Shown: positions 35,713 to 50,500, counted from the whole stretch's first letter. The stretch is 62,390 nt of DNA, filler included, from Sphacelaria rigidula (GCA_964200075.2; 4 parts of 4 records of this genome joined end to end with filler, not necessarily neighbours in it); one strand, 5' to 3'. The notes: generated by a model not told the origin, from the sequence alone. A program made the numbers and translations.

Positions 35713-37485
35713 CTAGCCGCTCGTCATATTTTCCGATGTCCGAGGGAGCACGCAAGTTTGAGAGTGCATCAGCGTGTATATATAATGTATGTGATTGCAT
35801 TCGCATAATGCCGGGCGCTTCCTCTAACTGTAATGAGTGTGGTGGTGCGTAAGAGACTTTTACGTTGCGCGGTGACTGTACTGTCATGCAAGAAATGTTC
35901 GGGGAATTCATGTTTAGCCGGGATTGTGATAGCAACTGAAACTACACCGCTCTATACTGAGTGTACTGTATGATATACTTCCTTGGTCGCTAGTAGCCCA
36001 CGGTTGCTAAGGGATTAATGCCCACGCTGTTCGATAACCGCGAATAGCTTGAGACAACGGAAGAGCTCATGGGAGACAGTTCCTGCTCAAATATTGCGGT
36101 CCCTGTTTAGCTGTGTCTCAGGGTAAGAACGTTCCCCATACTATAATCGAGTAATTCCACAGAGGCAAGCTAGGCATGGATGTAGTGTTCACACGATCTG
36201 GGTCCTGATTGGTTCAAAATTAATCGATTTCTGTGTGGAAAAGTCTTCAGCCTGTTGTGTAAGGATTCATTATGTAGATTTAGAGTACGGGAACCCCTTC
36301 GCAGAATCCATGGAATAACACCCCCCCTCCGGAGACACGAATAAAAGCCAAACCGTTCAATTCACCACCACCAATAAGGAGCTGGGAAATCAAGTAAAAT
36401 GAGTGTACGCGACGACTAAAATACGCAGCAATGGCAGAAACTGCCACGCCTATTTACCCCCTCCAGCCATGGCTGGCAGCAGCATCATCTGGGGCGCAAG
36501 CCGCCAGCAACCACTTCACACAAACGAGTGCGAACATGCATGACGTTGGTATATCTCGCCGCATATTTACTGCACTGTACTGCGCCGTACCGAACCGTAC
36601 GCTGCTGGGTGGTGGTTAAGCCCCCGAGACACGTCATTGCTGCTTTATCTTTGAAGTGGGAGTCACGTCTCTGGTTGACAGGGTTACATGCAGATGGGTA
36701 TATCATCTAGGCCTGTACTCTCCACTGTACGGTGCGGTGCGGTGGGGTAGTTTGCTGCGCTGTAGTAATGCACAGGACATTTCAGCGGGCGTGCGCGTTT
36801 GCAGATGATTGATTTACCATGACATACAAGCTCATGGGGGCTTATTTCCTCCTTTAGAGCTAAGGGTATTTCTGGTTCGGTATACACCCGATATTTCGGT
36901 ATTTTGAAAAGTCGCACATCACCTGCCTAAGTTAGTCACAATGACTTGTATGGTTTTTAGAGAGGGGAACATCGCGGATTGGATCGGCACTTCCACATGG
37001 CTTTGACTTTCGTCAGATTTTTATCAGCTACTGAAGTCCCCACGTTTTCAACGCGGATATCATCATGACTGTAACCAAAATTATTTTTGGTGTCCTCCTC
37101 CACCTGGCAGCACGTCTATCTCGCTACAACTGCAGCAGTACGCCTGAAGTGACGTCAATTACTACCTACCACACGTACCGCCAAGATTACGGCCGAACAT
37201 CAACTCTCCTGTTGTTTGCAGGGCCTCCCAGGAGCGGAGAGCAACTTGGAATGTGGCGTCAATCAGGCAGCTCCCTGTTGGATTCCGATAATGGCGTGGA
37301 GGAAATGAAGGGCCCCGTTCCGCCGCCGCGACCTGCGATCCCGCCGATGGTGATATTGGCAGCCTAAGGATTACAGTCTGCGTGTCGTCGTTCCGCGTCC
37401 TTGACGTTGATCGTCGAGCATGAAGATTCTTGTCGTAGATTCATGTGGTTGCTTGCGTGTAGCACTCTATTTCTATCCCTGTAGT

Positions 37486-37705
37486 GCGCCCCGATGGTCC
37501 AATGGTTCGAATGTCACCATTTTGGGAGGAGAGGAGGTGGGTCCGATTCCCGATGCGTTGGGTTTTTCTTCGATGTATCTGATTTTCCATCGTCGAAAGC
37601 GTGAGTACGTGAGTAAACAAAAAATAGTCGATTGAGATTGTTTGACGAGAGTTGACGCATTGCGGGAGCGCTGACCCAATCCGCGAGACCAAAATTGCAA
37701 GGTGT
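37486..37705 (+). mobile_element. Diverged tRNA-derived SINE copy
   Basis: gcgccccgatggtccaatgg (A box) ... gggtccgattcccgatgcg (B box), followed by a body loosely colinear with the 31252-31439 SINE up to ccgcgag. Confidence 0.55.
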
Positions 37706-38737
37706 GTTCCGGGAAGAGGTTGGTCGATCCCTTGGGACCACGGACTCGTCTCGAGGAAGGGAAGGGGTTTCAAGGGCGACAAATAGAGAAAAGAGCACGC
37801 CGGGTTTTCGCCGGGCCAGACAGGAGGCAGGGGATTGAAAGGCAGCGCTTTGTTTGCTTGATATTCTCGGTTTGCACATAGGTTGCGCGCGCAGCTTCTT
37901 TTCACCGTTTTATTGTGAACACAACTCTCAACTCGTGGAGATACGTATTTCTCCGAAAGTTGGGAACTTGGACCCGTGAGGGCGGCCGGACACACAAGTG
38001 CAACTCCCGGTACGCCCACCCGCACACACACCTCCCCTCGCCTTGCCATTTTCTCACCCCCTTCGCTCCCCGCACCAACTACGACAGAACGATTCGGGTG
38101 CGTCTTTTGCATCGACGGCTTCCGGAGTTGGGCCTGAGCATGGACAGGCAACGCAATCGCTTTTGCACACGCAGGAGGTGGCTAGAGGTAGTTGCTGAGT
38201 GACAGGCTTGGTGCATGGTGGTCATGGGGTTGTCTCTTCAATGTCGTCAGTTCGCTCCAACCGGTCCTTCACCTGGTGTACATTCTTTATACAACAAGAG
38301 TCAACCGCTCCAAATGCGGTTGTGCTGCAATGCATGTGAACCGTCAAAATCGATTGTTTGCCGCGTGTTGCTTTCAACGTTGATGCGTAGAGCTAGCAAC
38401 CTAAGCCATCGCGAGTCTACTGCACCCAGCGGTCAACTAGACGCAATCTGAGCTTGACGTTTTTGACCGTTCCTGCTGCGGCGGTCATCTGTCAAGCTAG
38501 CGACCTCACTTTCTTTGACAAGATCCGCTGCACTTGATAGCGCAGAAGTGGCCACGGAGACAAACGCAGCTTCCATTCTTGAAGATTCATACGAGGTGCA
38601 GCCTGATACGAGGTGCAGGACTATGTTATCACTCAAAATTTGCGTTGCCGTGCGAACACCGGAATGAGAGCCGTGCATTTCATTGCTTGTTCGTTATCGT
38701 TCTGCTGCGCCCTCGTTTCTTGTTGACAACACTGAAG

Positions 38738-41700
38738 ATTTTTTCGACATGGTGGGACGCCCCACCGGTGACGTAATTGGCGGACGCACCAGTGTGCCGT
38801 TGAACGAATTTTGCGAGAAGGACCAAGAGTTTCTCGCTTACAAACGTCAGCTGTGGAAAGAGCACGGCCGAGGTCCAGACGCATTCGATGTAAGAGAAAT
38901 GCCAATGCGAAAGCATCCAATGACAAAACAGAGTTGTATGCCCGAGTTCCGAAAGACAGATGGACAGAGAACGTGTGCCGGCGGTATAAACTCGTTAGCT
39001 ATTAATAGCCAATCACGACGACCCAGTGATTGAAGTTAGCATTGCTGGAAAGGTCTACTCGCGGCAGCTGTTGATAGCCGTCGAAGCTGTGCCGCTTTTC
39101 GACTGTTTATCGAATGTTCGGTCAAAGCAATAGAGGTTATATTTATCGAAGACGTCGCGGTTGGCAATCAACTGTTGGTTCAGGTTTTGCGTGCAGCCGA
39201 GGCGATCGTAAAGACACTTTTGGTCTAATCTTGTGCCTGCACAACCCAACAGCACGCGGAAGGAGTCCCAACGCGTACGCGGTATAAGCTTAGAACCTAG
39301 CCTCTGGTCAGCTACACGCACATGAGGCTTGCTCCGGTTGGGAATCCGTCTAACATATTTTTATTACCTTTTTTTGTTACGAATTAGTCTGCTATGTCGT
39401 TCTGTTCGACCCCCCCCCCGCCCCCCCTTTTTTTCCCTTCTTTTTCTCAGAGCGTGTTAACGAATCGTTGTTCTTGGGGACGTCTATCATGGGACCACGG
39501 CTGGACCCTTGGGGGGTCAGTTAAAGTGCGACAATCAATCAATCAATCAAAATCTAGGAGCTACGTACGGCAATCAACGTCGGAGCTAATGTGACTGTAG
39601 GACAGCCATATCCCGGCTGAGAAGACCAACCGTAGCATCTACAAACGTACTGCAATGAGGGTAGTATAGTATCTTTCGTTGCACAACTGCCTCATGAGTT
39701 GGTGTTGTGCACAAACCCTTGCCGGGCGACCTCTCATGCCTTCGAGAGCCCGAAAAACGGAATTTGTTGCCGAAACCCTAACGGTGTATTCAATTCGCCA
39801 CTGCTGCCATTGCTCTTTTGTGTGCTGCTGAATCTATTGGTGCAGCGTGGTGTGTGTTGCGTGTTCCCGGACGTATATTTCATGGAGGTGGACAGCAGTG
39901 ATTGGAGGATGATATCCACGTATGTGCATCAAGATACACGGGATTACTTCTTGTGATGATCACTTTTGCACGAAAATAGTCGAAAGTTTGGTTCTCTCTC
40001 GTAAATGTTGACCACCTTTTTATGCGGAGGTGAAGAAGTGGACACGTTTGTTGATCGCTTTGGCCCCCACAAGGTGTCCCGAAAGCAACAAAGAAATCCA
40101 GAAATACTGACAATTTTTCATCTCATGTCAACTTTTTCATTCCCGGGAAGAATGCTCTATATTTGCAAGGCTTTTACAGCTCGAACGAAACGTTACCCGT
40201 CAATTAGGCCAGACGACCAGGCAGAGCATTCTCCTTCCCGCCGATGTCACTCACCCAATTTTGCTATTTGTACGGCAACGCTATTTTGTTTAGGTGCTTG
40301 CGCATGTGTTCAGCTTCCAACAGGACTCGGCACGGAACCAGCGCGACAACGCCATCTCCATGTTGGCAAGTCGTCTCTCAAGGTAAGAGAAGACATCACG
40401 GGGTAGGGGAGGTACACCTCCTGCAGACTCACCGTGCAAGACCATTTTGTCGAAGAGATGCTTCAAAAGCGTCGAGCCTGCAACGTGGTATTGAAGGCCG
40501 ACCCTGCCTGCCTTATGTCATAACACCTGGCGTAGGACGAACGGCCAAAGGCTTGATGGTCATGTGCAAGATATTGATATTATCTTACGATGCCAGGACC
40601 GTAATTTCCAGATCTCTCGCACTTTCATCGCTCTTGATGTACTCTTCTTGCCTGGCCTACTCTTTCTGGGTGAGAGTGACTTCTTGAGGGATCATCGGAC
40701 GGATTGTCGCCCCGAGCGTTGTTGGCAAGGGCTTGAAACGGTTGTTGCGGAGCTGACGGATATGACAAGGAAATAGAGTAACAGTTACACAATGCTGCAC
40801 TGCGGCCTGTTGCATTAATGGTGGAAGTGTGCTGCATTCGCGCGGGGAAATGCCACGCCTAGGGCAACCCTCTACAACGCTCCAACCCTCGTGTGTGCTC
40901 TGTTTACCACCACCGAAACAGGGCGGTAGGTCAGGGGGGCATCCCTCACAAAGTCAGCTCAACGGAGGCGAAATTGGTGCTGGAGCGTTATCATGAAGAG
41001 CTTCTGTTCAACTACAACCGATGGTGTCGGTGAGTAGCCGGGTGATCAAGGATTGGCAAACCGAGGCGTTGGGGTTCAGTCAGGTTCCGACCGTGCTATT
41101 ACGATGCACTCCAAACGTCTGAAGCGTGAATATTTCGCTCTTGCGCGTAATGACACGTGTTTGTGTCCACTCCAGACGGAGCTGGCTTATGTAACCACTA
41201 TACAAACGTGGAATTGTTATCGCCTGTATCTCCACGAAGGGCCAAAGGTCATACGTTACTCCATGCGTTCTTTAGGTTCCCTCTGCGGCCTTTGTTCCAC
41301 ATCCTCTGTGTCCGTTTTCGTCGATTGCGTTTCTTATTTCGTGTGTTTGACGTTTTACAGGTTCCTGGTCCAGGACCCACTGACACTCCAGCTGTTGTTC
41401 AAGAATCACACCCAGCTCAACGTTGAAAGGTTTTCGATGGCAATGGAGTGCGCCCTCATGTTGCTTATCTGGGGAGAGGTGGGCATAGTACCATAGGCTA
41501 GTGCACAATCTCCCGAAACGACGCTAATTCTTCGGTCCATCAATTGGTCTTATATTGCTGGTACCATCGCCGTATGTCGACTCTGTCGCAGTGTATAAGG
41601 TATGCGTGTATCTTTTGGGAGGTGTATAGACAGATCCTTACCGTAAGCCCTGGTGAAATTTTCTCATTCGCGGACAACACTGGTTGGCGCTGTTGATGTT

Positions 41701-44418
41701 GGAATTTATGCTAGGGTAGCCTGTCGTGTTAAAAAAAAATGTGCCAGTGCCGTATTTGACGCACCGCAAATTGAGAGGAAGGGACCTGCGTATGGCAAAC
41801 TGTAATACGGGTAGCTGAGCAGTCAGTACCCCAATTTCCCTGGTAGCGTTAGCTCTCGGGGTTGGTCATCAATGGTTGCATCCAGTCTCTGTGTTTTTCA
41901 TTTTTTTCTCAGCCCCAACGTTCAAGTTTGATGAGGTAATCGCACAGTGGAGTGGTTGAAGCTTTCGCGCATACGCAGATCCTGAACAACCATGTACCTT
42001 GTGCGTTCATTTGCGGAGATCCATAGGAAAAAGGGCGGTTCAGCAGCCCACCGAACGAGCTTCCAGACCTTTTCCAGACCTAGACCATCGACATGGCATT
42101 ATCACTCACGTCATCGAACGTGGCGTAGCATTGGTAGGAGGCCTTCGCTAGCGTGGACCCGTAGATATAAACACAGAATTGGACTCTCAACGAGAACCCA
42201 CGTGTGTGAATTCAAACAGAGTCGTCGATCGTGTGCAAGGGTTGAGACGACGAGCTAAAGACCCTCAAAACGTTCGGACAAGAAGTTGAGCACCACGTGC
42301 ACGCTGCTATGCACCCTGCGCTCTGAGATTTGATCGTTCTCAAAAGGCATTTTCCCCGCGGGCACAGCGTGACCATTCACCTCACCCAGGGCAGCGTGAG
42401 GCGGGTGGAATGGCCTACGCGGGCGTTAAACTGGAGATCTGGTGAACAAAGATGACCGGAACAACGTCCTGTGTGTCCTGATATGGTGTTGGTTTCTCAG
42501 ACCCTCTCGCACACGAAATCCTCGAGATTTTGATGCAGTTCGCACGCGGTAGGATGGCGCACAACCACGAGGAAACGGAAGGAATCATCAACAGTAGCAA
42601 TCACACACTGTCGGATCATTTTACTTTATGGTAGCGCTTACGCTGGCCCCCAATTTGTGGACACCCGCTTTTTTGGTGAAGGAGATCTCAATGTCCACAT
42701 CGAGAGATCTTCCGCGGTTCGCTGCGTGGTGCTTTCTGTGAGCTGACCTGGGGCATGTGTAGTCCGCATTTTTTCTTGAATATCTCCAAGAAGACGCCCT
42801 TGACATTCACAGTTGTCCTGAAAAGTTGCGTTTTTCGGCACCCCAAAGGGGTTGAGGCAAAATGTGGACGTCACATACCAAAGATGGCGCCTGTCCAAAA
42901 GTTCAGGCATCTTGGGCATTAGCAAGACCTCGACCAGAGTGTTGAACTGGTCGATATGAAGTTCCTAAGCTTCGCATCGTTCAATCAAATCAACCACTTT
43001 CTAACGAAACTGAAGCCTTAAAACAGTACGGCATGCTTTCCTCTGTTCATTGGTGATGGTTTTGGCGGTCGCGGAGCCCCCAGAACTGATGCTAACAGCT
43101 CTGAATATATGGAGCGAACCCTCCGGTCTGTCAAGACAGTGTCGAACTGAAGCTGAAGAAGACGTCCGCACTATCATCAGGACATTCCAACATTCGAGGG
43201 CTTTTACCGTATTTGCCGCGAACCGTGGGGTGCTGAAGGTGAGATTCGTCCGTGCATGCCATCTCATGCGTATCGACTTGTGCAGGCGGGAAACTTGCGG
43301 TTTTGCCCGGAGTTCCTGTGCTTCACTTTCCACAAGCTGGTGCCGCTTCTAAAGCCACGAATCATTGAGGCCAAGAGGACAGAGCAAGTGAAGGTGCGTG
43401 GCGAAGTGGAAAGCACTGCAAGCCCTACAGAAGTAGCTTGTCTCCAAGTGGCCGTGGTCAAGGTTGTGTTTGAGCAACGCAACAAGAACCTCTTCGGCCT
43501 CCATCCCACCGCCAAACGTACTTTTCAGGATCTCCAGAATGTGCTCGATAGAGATGCGCTTGACTAAGACAAACTCTCCAGTGTGAGGGGTGGATCGGTA
43601 GATAAATTCCCACGGGTTGAAACTCGCGAGCAGGTCGTCGTCTAAACTGAACTTCTCCGTAGCAGGAGAACTACCGTAGCGAGATAGACTCATGCATTTC
43701 ACGTGCTGCTTGCTGTTGTTCGATGATTGCTTGCTCTTCGCGCTTGGTAAACGGGCGTCAGATACCGAGGTACTTGGACGACATAATCGTTCCGGCGTAC
43801 GAGCTGATTCGAAGTGAGCTGCAAAAGAACGCGCCGCAAGACTCGGAGAAGGTGATCGCCACAGGACGTCCTTGCTGTGGCAAGAAGGGCAAGAAGAAGG
43901 CTGGTGAGACGATAGACCACATGAAAGTACGAAACTACGACGACTTCAACGAGATCTTCTGGCGAACGAGCTGCCTCAACCTGGACATCGTGAGCATGTT
44001 CCCCACCAGCGATGGCAACGTCAAGCGCGGCGCGCTCCAGAGAATGTATGTTGTTGTTGTTGTTGTTGTTCACCCACTATGTTGCTGTGATGCGTGGGTG
44101 TGGGTGTCGGAGTCGCTTCTGCTGCATCTTGCGCGCGTGTGCATTGTACTTTGCATGTCTGTTATTTACATACAAAAATGTGGCCGTGGGATGAAACGTG
44201 GTAGGATCTTGAAACCGAGGCAATGCTGTTGGACGTGTGCATTCCTTGCTTTTGCTCAGGCGAATGCCCCGTCACGCCTGTTGAGCTCGACCAACATCTT
44301 TGCGTTTGCCCTACTCGTGTCGGTTGATGCCCATTGCGCGTTTGTGACCAAATTTAGGTTCGCGAAGACATTCGTGGAGAGACAGAACTGGCTCGTACCC
44401 ATCTTCTCCTTCTGGAGG
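38738..44418 (+). CDS. FKS1: 1,3-beta-glucan (callose) synthase, glycosyltransferase family 48, N-terminal FKS1-dom1 region, partial
   Basis: Exons about 38738-38889, then 40294-40382, 40922-41029, 41361-41478, 43286-43393, 43762-44045 and 44358-44418, splice in frame. Motifs: VFSFQQDSARNQRDNAISMLA, LLFNYNRWCRFL, LLIWGE|AGNLRFCPEFLCFTFHKL, YLDDIIVPAYELI, RNYDDFNEIFW, KTFVERQNW. A possible upstream exon lies at about 37222-37349. The catalytic domain is not on this contig. The symbol is family-level. Confidence 0.92.
39410..39550 (+). mobile_element. Retroposon 3'-end fragment with (CAAT)n tail
   Basis: ccacggctggacccttggggggtcagttaaagtgcgacaatcaatcaatcaatcaa. Homologue on the minus strand at 53921-54000. 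Confidence 0.7.
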
Positions 44419-46683
44419 GTGAGCGCCGTACAGTTTTGACACAATTCTCACTTGAATGAGCAAACTCCAGGAAGATGGACTGGAACGGTTGTATATTGAA
44501 CGTATGCATTCACGGGAAGTCGATATGTCATAGCCTCACCCATCAGAACTTGGTGCGAACCTTACGGCAATGCCCAGATCCAGTGGATGTCCCCATACTC
44601 GCGTGATGGTCTCAAAGTAGCCAGAGTCGCAGGAGACCCCGCTCCATCGAGATCTTCAATTCTCCGCGGCGGATATGGCACGAAGTACTGGCCTAAAAAT
44701 TGGCCGTGTCGATTGCGATGACGGTCTCCCCACGGAGACTCTCAGCTGACCGCGGAAGCCAAAAGCAGGACTGCTGACTGCCCGTACGAGGACTGCAATG
44801 CAACCATTCTGCAGCCAATTCTTCTCCTGCATCTACTGCAGTTGGCTACCCGCTAACGCTTGCACGCCCTTCCATTTCCTACGCGCGTTGACTGCTTGGC
44901 ATCTGCTAAAAAAAGGTACATACCCTTCATGTCGTTGGACTCCACGCGATGATTGTCGCGTCGAAGTGCCAGTTGTCATCCGAAGATGACGATGAGCTCT
45001 TCGCCGATGGTCTATGCGACAGCGACCGACTGCTGGCTCCGGTGATAACGCTCTACTTGATGTCTTTCGTGAGGGTGAGCAAGCATCAGGTGGTGTGATG
45101 CCGCTAGCTAGCTTCTATTCAACGGTACGTAGTTCAAGAGGGCGTAGTGCGCCACATTTGATCTTGTGGGCAAAGATTTGTACTGGCGCCGTTGGCCAAT
45201 GTTCTAGGGGCCTCGTCGGCCGCCGGGAATTATTGTTCCATTCCCCAGGTAGTCGTCTGAACAACATAATTTGATATTAGTCTTCCACGACGCTCCCCCC
45301 CATCTCCCTCGCTTGTCTAACATCATGGTTCCATTTCTGCTTCGACCAGGATGCGTGGGATGTCTACTCGGCGTTATACGTTTCCGTCGGTCGGCGTGGG
45401 GGCTTCGGGCAACTGTTCCTGAACATCGTGCGCGCTGCTTTGAAGGGCTTGTTAGCGTTCTCGCTCCGTAAGTGCTTGACTTACCCCAAGTGGTCAGCAG
45501 GACACGGGCGGGCGGGGACATGGACATGTTGACATGAGCATGTTTCGTGCAAGCTTTTTTGAAAACGTTTTTTGGGGAATTCGGTTCTACTATATATTGT
45601 TTTGTTTTTTGCTGTTGTGTTGAAGACAATGCCGAGAGCAGCGAAGCTTCACGGTGTCTGTGATTTCGTGCGATAAGTGTGTACGTGGTGCCCGAATGAG
45701 TAAGCAATGACGAGATGTGACTATATAGTGCATCGTATGTCGCTAGGGCATGGATAAACCAGGACAGTGAACATAACGAGAGTCATGTCTTGCCCGTTCT
45801 GGACTGACACCCGAATAGTTGCCAACTAAATTCGACTCACGCGACATATCTGTGGGGTAAAAACAATCCTGCTTCTGAATATGCGTTTTACTGAAAGACG
45901 ACTCTGTAGATGTGGTACTGCAAGCATTTGATGAAAATCACCCCTCTTTACTGTAAGGTGCACATAGGCGGGGATACGCGCAGTTTGTACCCGAGCCTCG
46001 TTCACGCCGCTTCCGTTCACGAATGCCCCCTTGCCCTCGCCACCAACGTGTCCCCTGGCATGGGTTTGTTGTGCTCTGTCGCCGTTGCGGCCGTGGCGTG
46101 ATTTGCGGCTTGCGGAAAACAAGTGGGTCTATACACGTCCTCCTCGTCGTTCGTCACGCCGGCTCTCGGATTCCTGTTCATCGCTCTCTTTTCCGAGGTG
46201 TGTGTTGCGAGGTGGCATATGGCTTAAGAACTGAACGCGGCACCCGACTATTGGTGTTTTATCTTAGCCTTGCTTGAGCCAAGATTTGGCGAGGGATGAG
46301 GTGCTTTAAATCCATGCAATCAAGGTGTTAGGTGCATAGTCACACCCCTGGAACTGAAGTGGGTTCACGTGTTCAGCGTGCGTTTGCTGGGCTCGAAGCA
46401 AGTATGTCGACTGGTGTCCGAGAGATTGAAACGGGTTGATCGCATCTGTCAGAAAGGTTGAAGCGATGTTGTGAGTAAAAAAGAGTGAAATGGCTAAGCG
46501 TTTGATGTGCTGGAGACAAACCCGCCGCCTTTGCAAAGGATGTCGCACAGTAGAAGTCTACGTAGCGAGTTTCTACGTAAATCACTCCTGCAGACAATAC
46601 AGCTGCTTGCCGAGGCCTTCATACTGCTTTTCTGGTGGTTTTCGGCTGATGTCTAGAACTGTCACATAGGACCAAAAGAGGGA

Positions 46684-46771
46684 GGGGGGGGGGGGCGGAC
46701 TCATTTGTTGCTTGTCTTAGTCGTTTGACCATTGACCACGCATCCCTTTCGAGACGGAGCAGAGAGGGGGG
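46684..46771 (-). mobile_element. About 65-bp 3'-terminal fragment of LINE family G, flanked by G runs
   Basis: actcatttgttgcttgtcttagtcgtttgaccattgaccacgcatccctttcgagacggagca matches 50246-50308 and 51197-51260. Confidence 0.75.
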
Positions 46772-46871
46772 NNNNNNNNNNNNNNNNNNNNNNNNNNNNN
46801 NNNNNNNNNNNNNNNTTAATTAATTAANNNNNNNNNNNNNNNNNNNNNNNNNNNNNNNNNNNNNNNNNNNN
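46772..46871. other. Artificial contig linker
   Basis: N44-TTAATTAATTAA-N44. Confidence 0.98.
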
Positions 46872-47539
46872 CTGTGGGATGATCGGAAGAGTTTGAATGC
46901 ACAAACGATTGAAAGCCAATAACGGACTTTACTTATGGGACAGAGGAAGTAAAACAAAGCTGCGACCACCCTGCACTTGGAAACCTGGAGAGACTTATCT
47001 GGGCCAGGGATAGGGCCCCCCCAACACGATCTTTGCAATGACATCACACTCGACAACAATCCCCGCGCTGGTCGTTCGGGTCTGGTCGATAAATTTCGCC
47101 TCACCATGATTGGGCAGGTCGCTCGAAGACTTGTTTTTATTATTCCACTAACACAGGGTCAACGCTGTGTTAGTGGGGGCTCGGTCCCAAAAGGGTCAAG
47201 ATACATGAGCGGATAAAATGGTATGTCGGGGGGGCACCTGTGCCGCGAAAACCTCCGTTAATCCCTCGCCAAGGGTGGTTGTTTCTTGTCGGCTTCAAAG
47301 TCTCCCACTGCAAGCCCCCACCGAGTGGTGAAACCAATTCTCACTATTTCATATTTGCCTCCCTTCGTATCTACTGCACGGCGTCAATCGCTCCTTCAAT
47401 CCCCTGCCATGAAAGGAGAAGAGGTTGGTAGGTAGGCACGCGAATAATAGCGAAAAAAACTGGGATTCATTATGAAATTACCGTCTCGGGGGGCGGGCGG
47501 GTTGACTGCGTCACGGAACGACTTGCGCTCAATTCCCAC

Positions 47540-50500
47540 CTTCTCCGCGATGCATGTAGTGCACAGCGTTTGGTTGTTGAGTCGTCCTTCTTCGGACAAT
47601 CTTTTGATGGCCGACTCCCGCGAGCTCTGATCTCTCTGTAGATAACCCGGCTCCGTGCAAGCCTGTATAGAGGGGGCAGCAGAAGGCACGAACACAAAAT
47701 TAGAAACAGACACAAGCAAACCGAAACTTCAAAACTACGAAGCTGTATGCGCTGTATGTGCACCTGACGGGAAAAAACAACAAAAAATACCCTCACCTAC
47801 TGTAAGTCTGATACGCGTAGAATCTGAAACTTGACTTGAACAACAGGCGTTCCCCGAACCATATTCGATCGTCTCTTGATCTGTTTTCCGGCAATCAGCT
47901 TCGTTCATAAAACTTGAAAAAAAAGCGACTATGCTACATTGCGACCACGGTCGGATACGAAGCGGATAGGTTAAAATGTGCGACATCAGTCGAAGGATCA
48001 ACCCCGCTCGACAATCCACCCCCTCAAGAGGACAAGGAGTAACACAACATGATAGCTGGAGAAACCTGGATTCAAACAGTCTCTCGTTCGTGCAGGGTGA
48101 CTTCAGTCATCAGCTCTGGTGGACAAGCATGGTAACATATACTCCGTATATAGCAAGTAGTGTTGACATATTTTTCAAGCACAAATTCCACCGAAAGGCT
48201 TGAAACCCGCTCAGAACATCACCATTATTTCAATTGACGGAGTGCAAAATTGCAGCGAAAACACACACACACACACACACATGAAAAAATTGACCGACAG
48301 CCTCTACAAGCAACACCCCGCGAAGCACACAGCACCAACGAATGCACTCTCACCGACTTGTACAGAAAATACAAGGTCACAAGCGCCGACAAAAACGTAA
48401 ACGCCGAGCGCCACCCTGCTTGGAATTCCCACAAAAACGCCGCCTCAGATCCCATGATGAGCACCACAGACCACAAGGCCACCCCGAGCGGAAACCAGTT
48501 GGCATCGTACTGCGCTATCCTGTACGTGAGCTGAGTCGTGGCGCCCACGCCCGCAGCGCCCGCGGCGCAGCCCCAGCAGCCAAACATGCCCACCATGGTG
48601 AAGCACCACATCAGCTGCAGCAGCGGCAGGAACAGTCCCTACGGTACACGTGTGTAGGGCGGGGATACCGTAAGGACGTTGAATTTCTCGTTTGATCGCA
48701 AAGTAGTCGATTTGAGTCCAGATATCCCAGTGCACTGCGTTGTGTGTGGTAATTGTATATAGTCTACGGTTGCTCCTCTAGAAAAGATGCCAACATGTTG
48801 GTGGGTCAAAGGGTTGAAAAAGGCGCCTACTCGTTGTATACAGTAGAGCTTCATAGGAAAATCAGGTGAGAGAGCGTAGGGCATGATGGGCATTTCGCGG
48901 CAGAGAAAGATCTTCCTTTCGCGTGTATCTGTGCGTGCGTGTTGACATGGTACAAGTTGAATTATCAATCAACAGCGGCAGTTCGTGTCTGCCCTGGTGA
49001 AGCCCGACAGCAGCTGAAGCATGCCAAGGGATGATAGCCCATGCACACAGTAGGACTGACGGAACAGAAACGGAAGTTTCTGCCGCTATGATACAAGCAT
49101 TCGGGCGTTAGTGGTAGCACCAAAACTAATATCAGGGGGGCGGAAGGGGGGGCTGTTGAAAGCAGAATGGCTCAAGCATGGATCACGGCTGATTGGCATC
49201 AATTATGTGCCGTTATTCAGATGGTGGCAAAATGTTTGCTGCTCCTATTCAATGTTTTTTCCCTTCATCTCTTCACTGCGGAGCGAACCAACATTTTACG
49301 GTTGACACAAGGCATCACATACAAGTGAAAAACTGCATCGGCACCACATTTTTTCTCCAGAATCTCACTCCGGGCGTACTCCAAATCGAAGTAATTCAGC
49401 TGCCGTATGCATTGGATTACTCCTGCAAACTGATGCACCTACTCGCAGAGGGCGATCGCACTACCATTAAGGTGATTCCGACCCATCTGTCCAAATTTTT
49501 CGATAAGGCTGACAAGGGGGGGCGACGCGGGGGAGAGAAGGACAGGGGCGACGAAGCAATAAAACGACGGGAATGTATGATACAGTACGATCGGGTCGTG
49601 CAGCGTAGAATACACTGTTCACCGGTTCACTACATGATTTGAAAACTACAGCGGGACTTCAACAAGCCGCGCCTGAAAGACTTGACCCCAACTGTGAAAA
49701 GTTGGAGCCTGACGCTTACCCGTGATTAGACCTGCAAGTATGTTCTAAAAACGGGGTAGGGGAGCTGAAGGATGCACGACCCATTGGTTGACAGATCGAT
49801 GCTAACACCATCGCAGAAACGTTCCCACTGCCATGCAACAAAAGTTCAACAAATTTCGCGGTGGGATGCATCGCTTCACAGAAACGCCGCCAAAGCACGA
49901 AGATACGGGAAGGTGGTAACCACGGTCGAGTTCGAATTTTCAGACATGAAACAAGATCCGCTCATACTACTTAACCCCCCTCCCGAGTGAACCCTTTAAT
50001 TCCGACCCGCGGTCGAAGGGCAAAATTATCGATGAGAACACCATGCTCCTTCGGGAGACTCGCTACAGCGGGCGATGTTGTCATGTTCCAAAGTCCAGGT
50101 TCATCGATGTAATGTGAGGCGGAGCACACACAGAGTGAGAGCCTTCGATAGAGCCTCCTTGGGGACCACATAGCTTGCAGGCCGTTGGTTGTGGGGGAAA
50201 ACCCTTGTAGACATTATCCACGATGGGGGGGGGGGGGGGGGGGGGTACTCATCTGTCGCTCGCCTTAGTCGTTTGACCATTGAAGACGCATCCTTTTCGA
50301 GACGGAACACCGTTCCTACTCCTAATAGAGACACTTCCGACATTTCGGTGCTCATCACGTTTCTCCCATATATCACACGAAAACCTTTCACACATCTTAT
50401 CCCTGTCCTGTTTCACTGTCTGTGACCACCATCTATCTCATGGTATAGCCATCGTTTTTTCGCTACCCTCTGATGCATCAAAAGATTCCATGCCACCTTG

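Noticed and set aside
37512..38204. Solo LTR suggested by TGTCAC...GTGACA ends
   Set aside because: There is no TSD (cgaa versus ggct), and the left TGTCAC lies inside a tRNA-derived SINE head.
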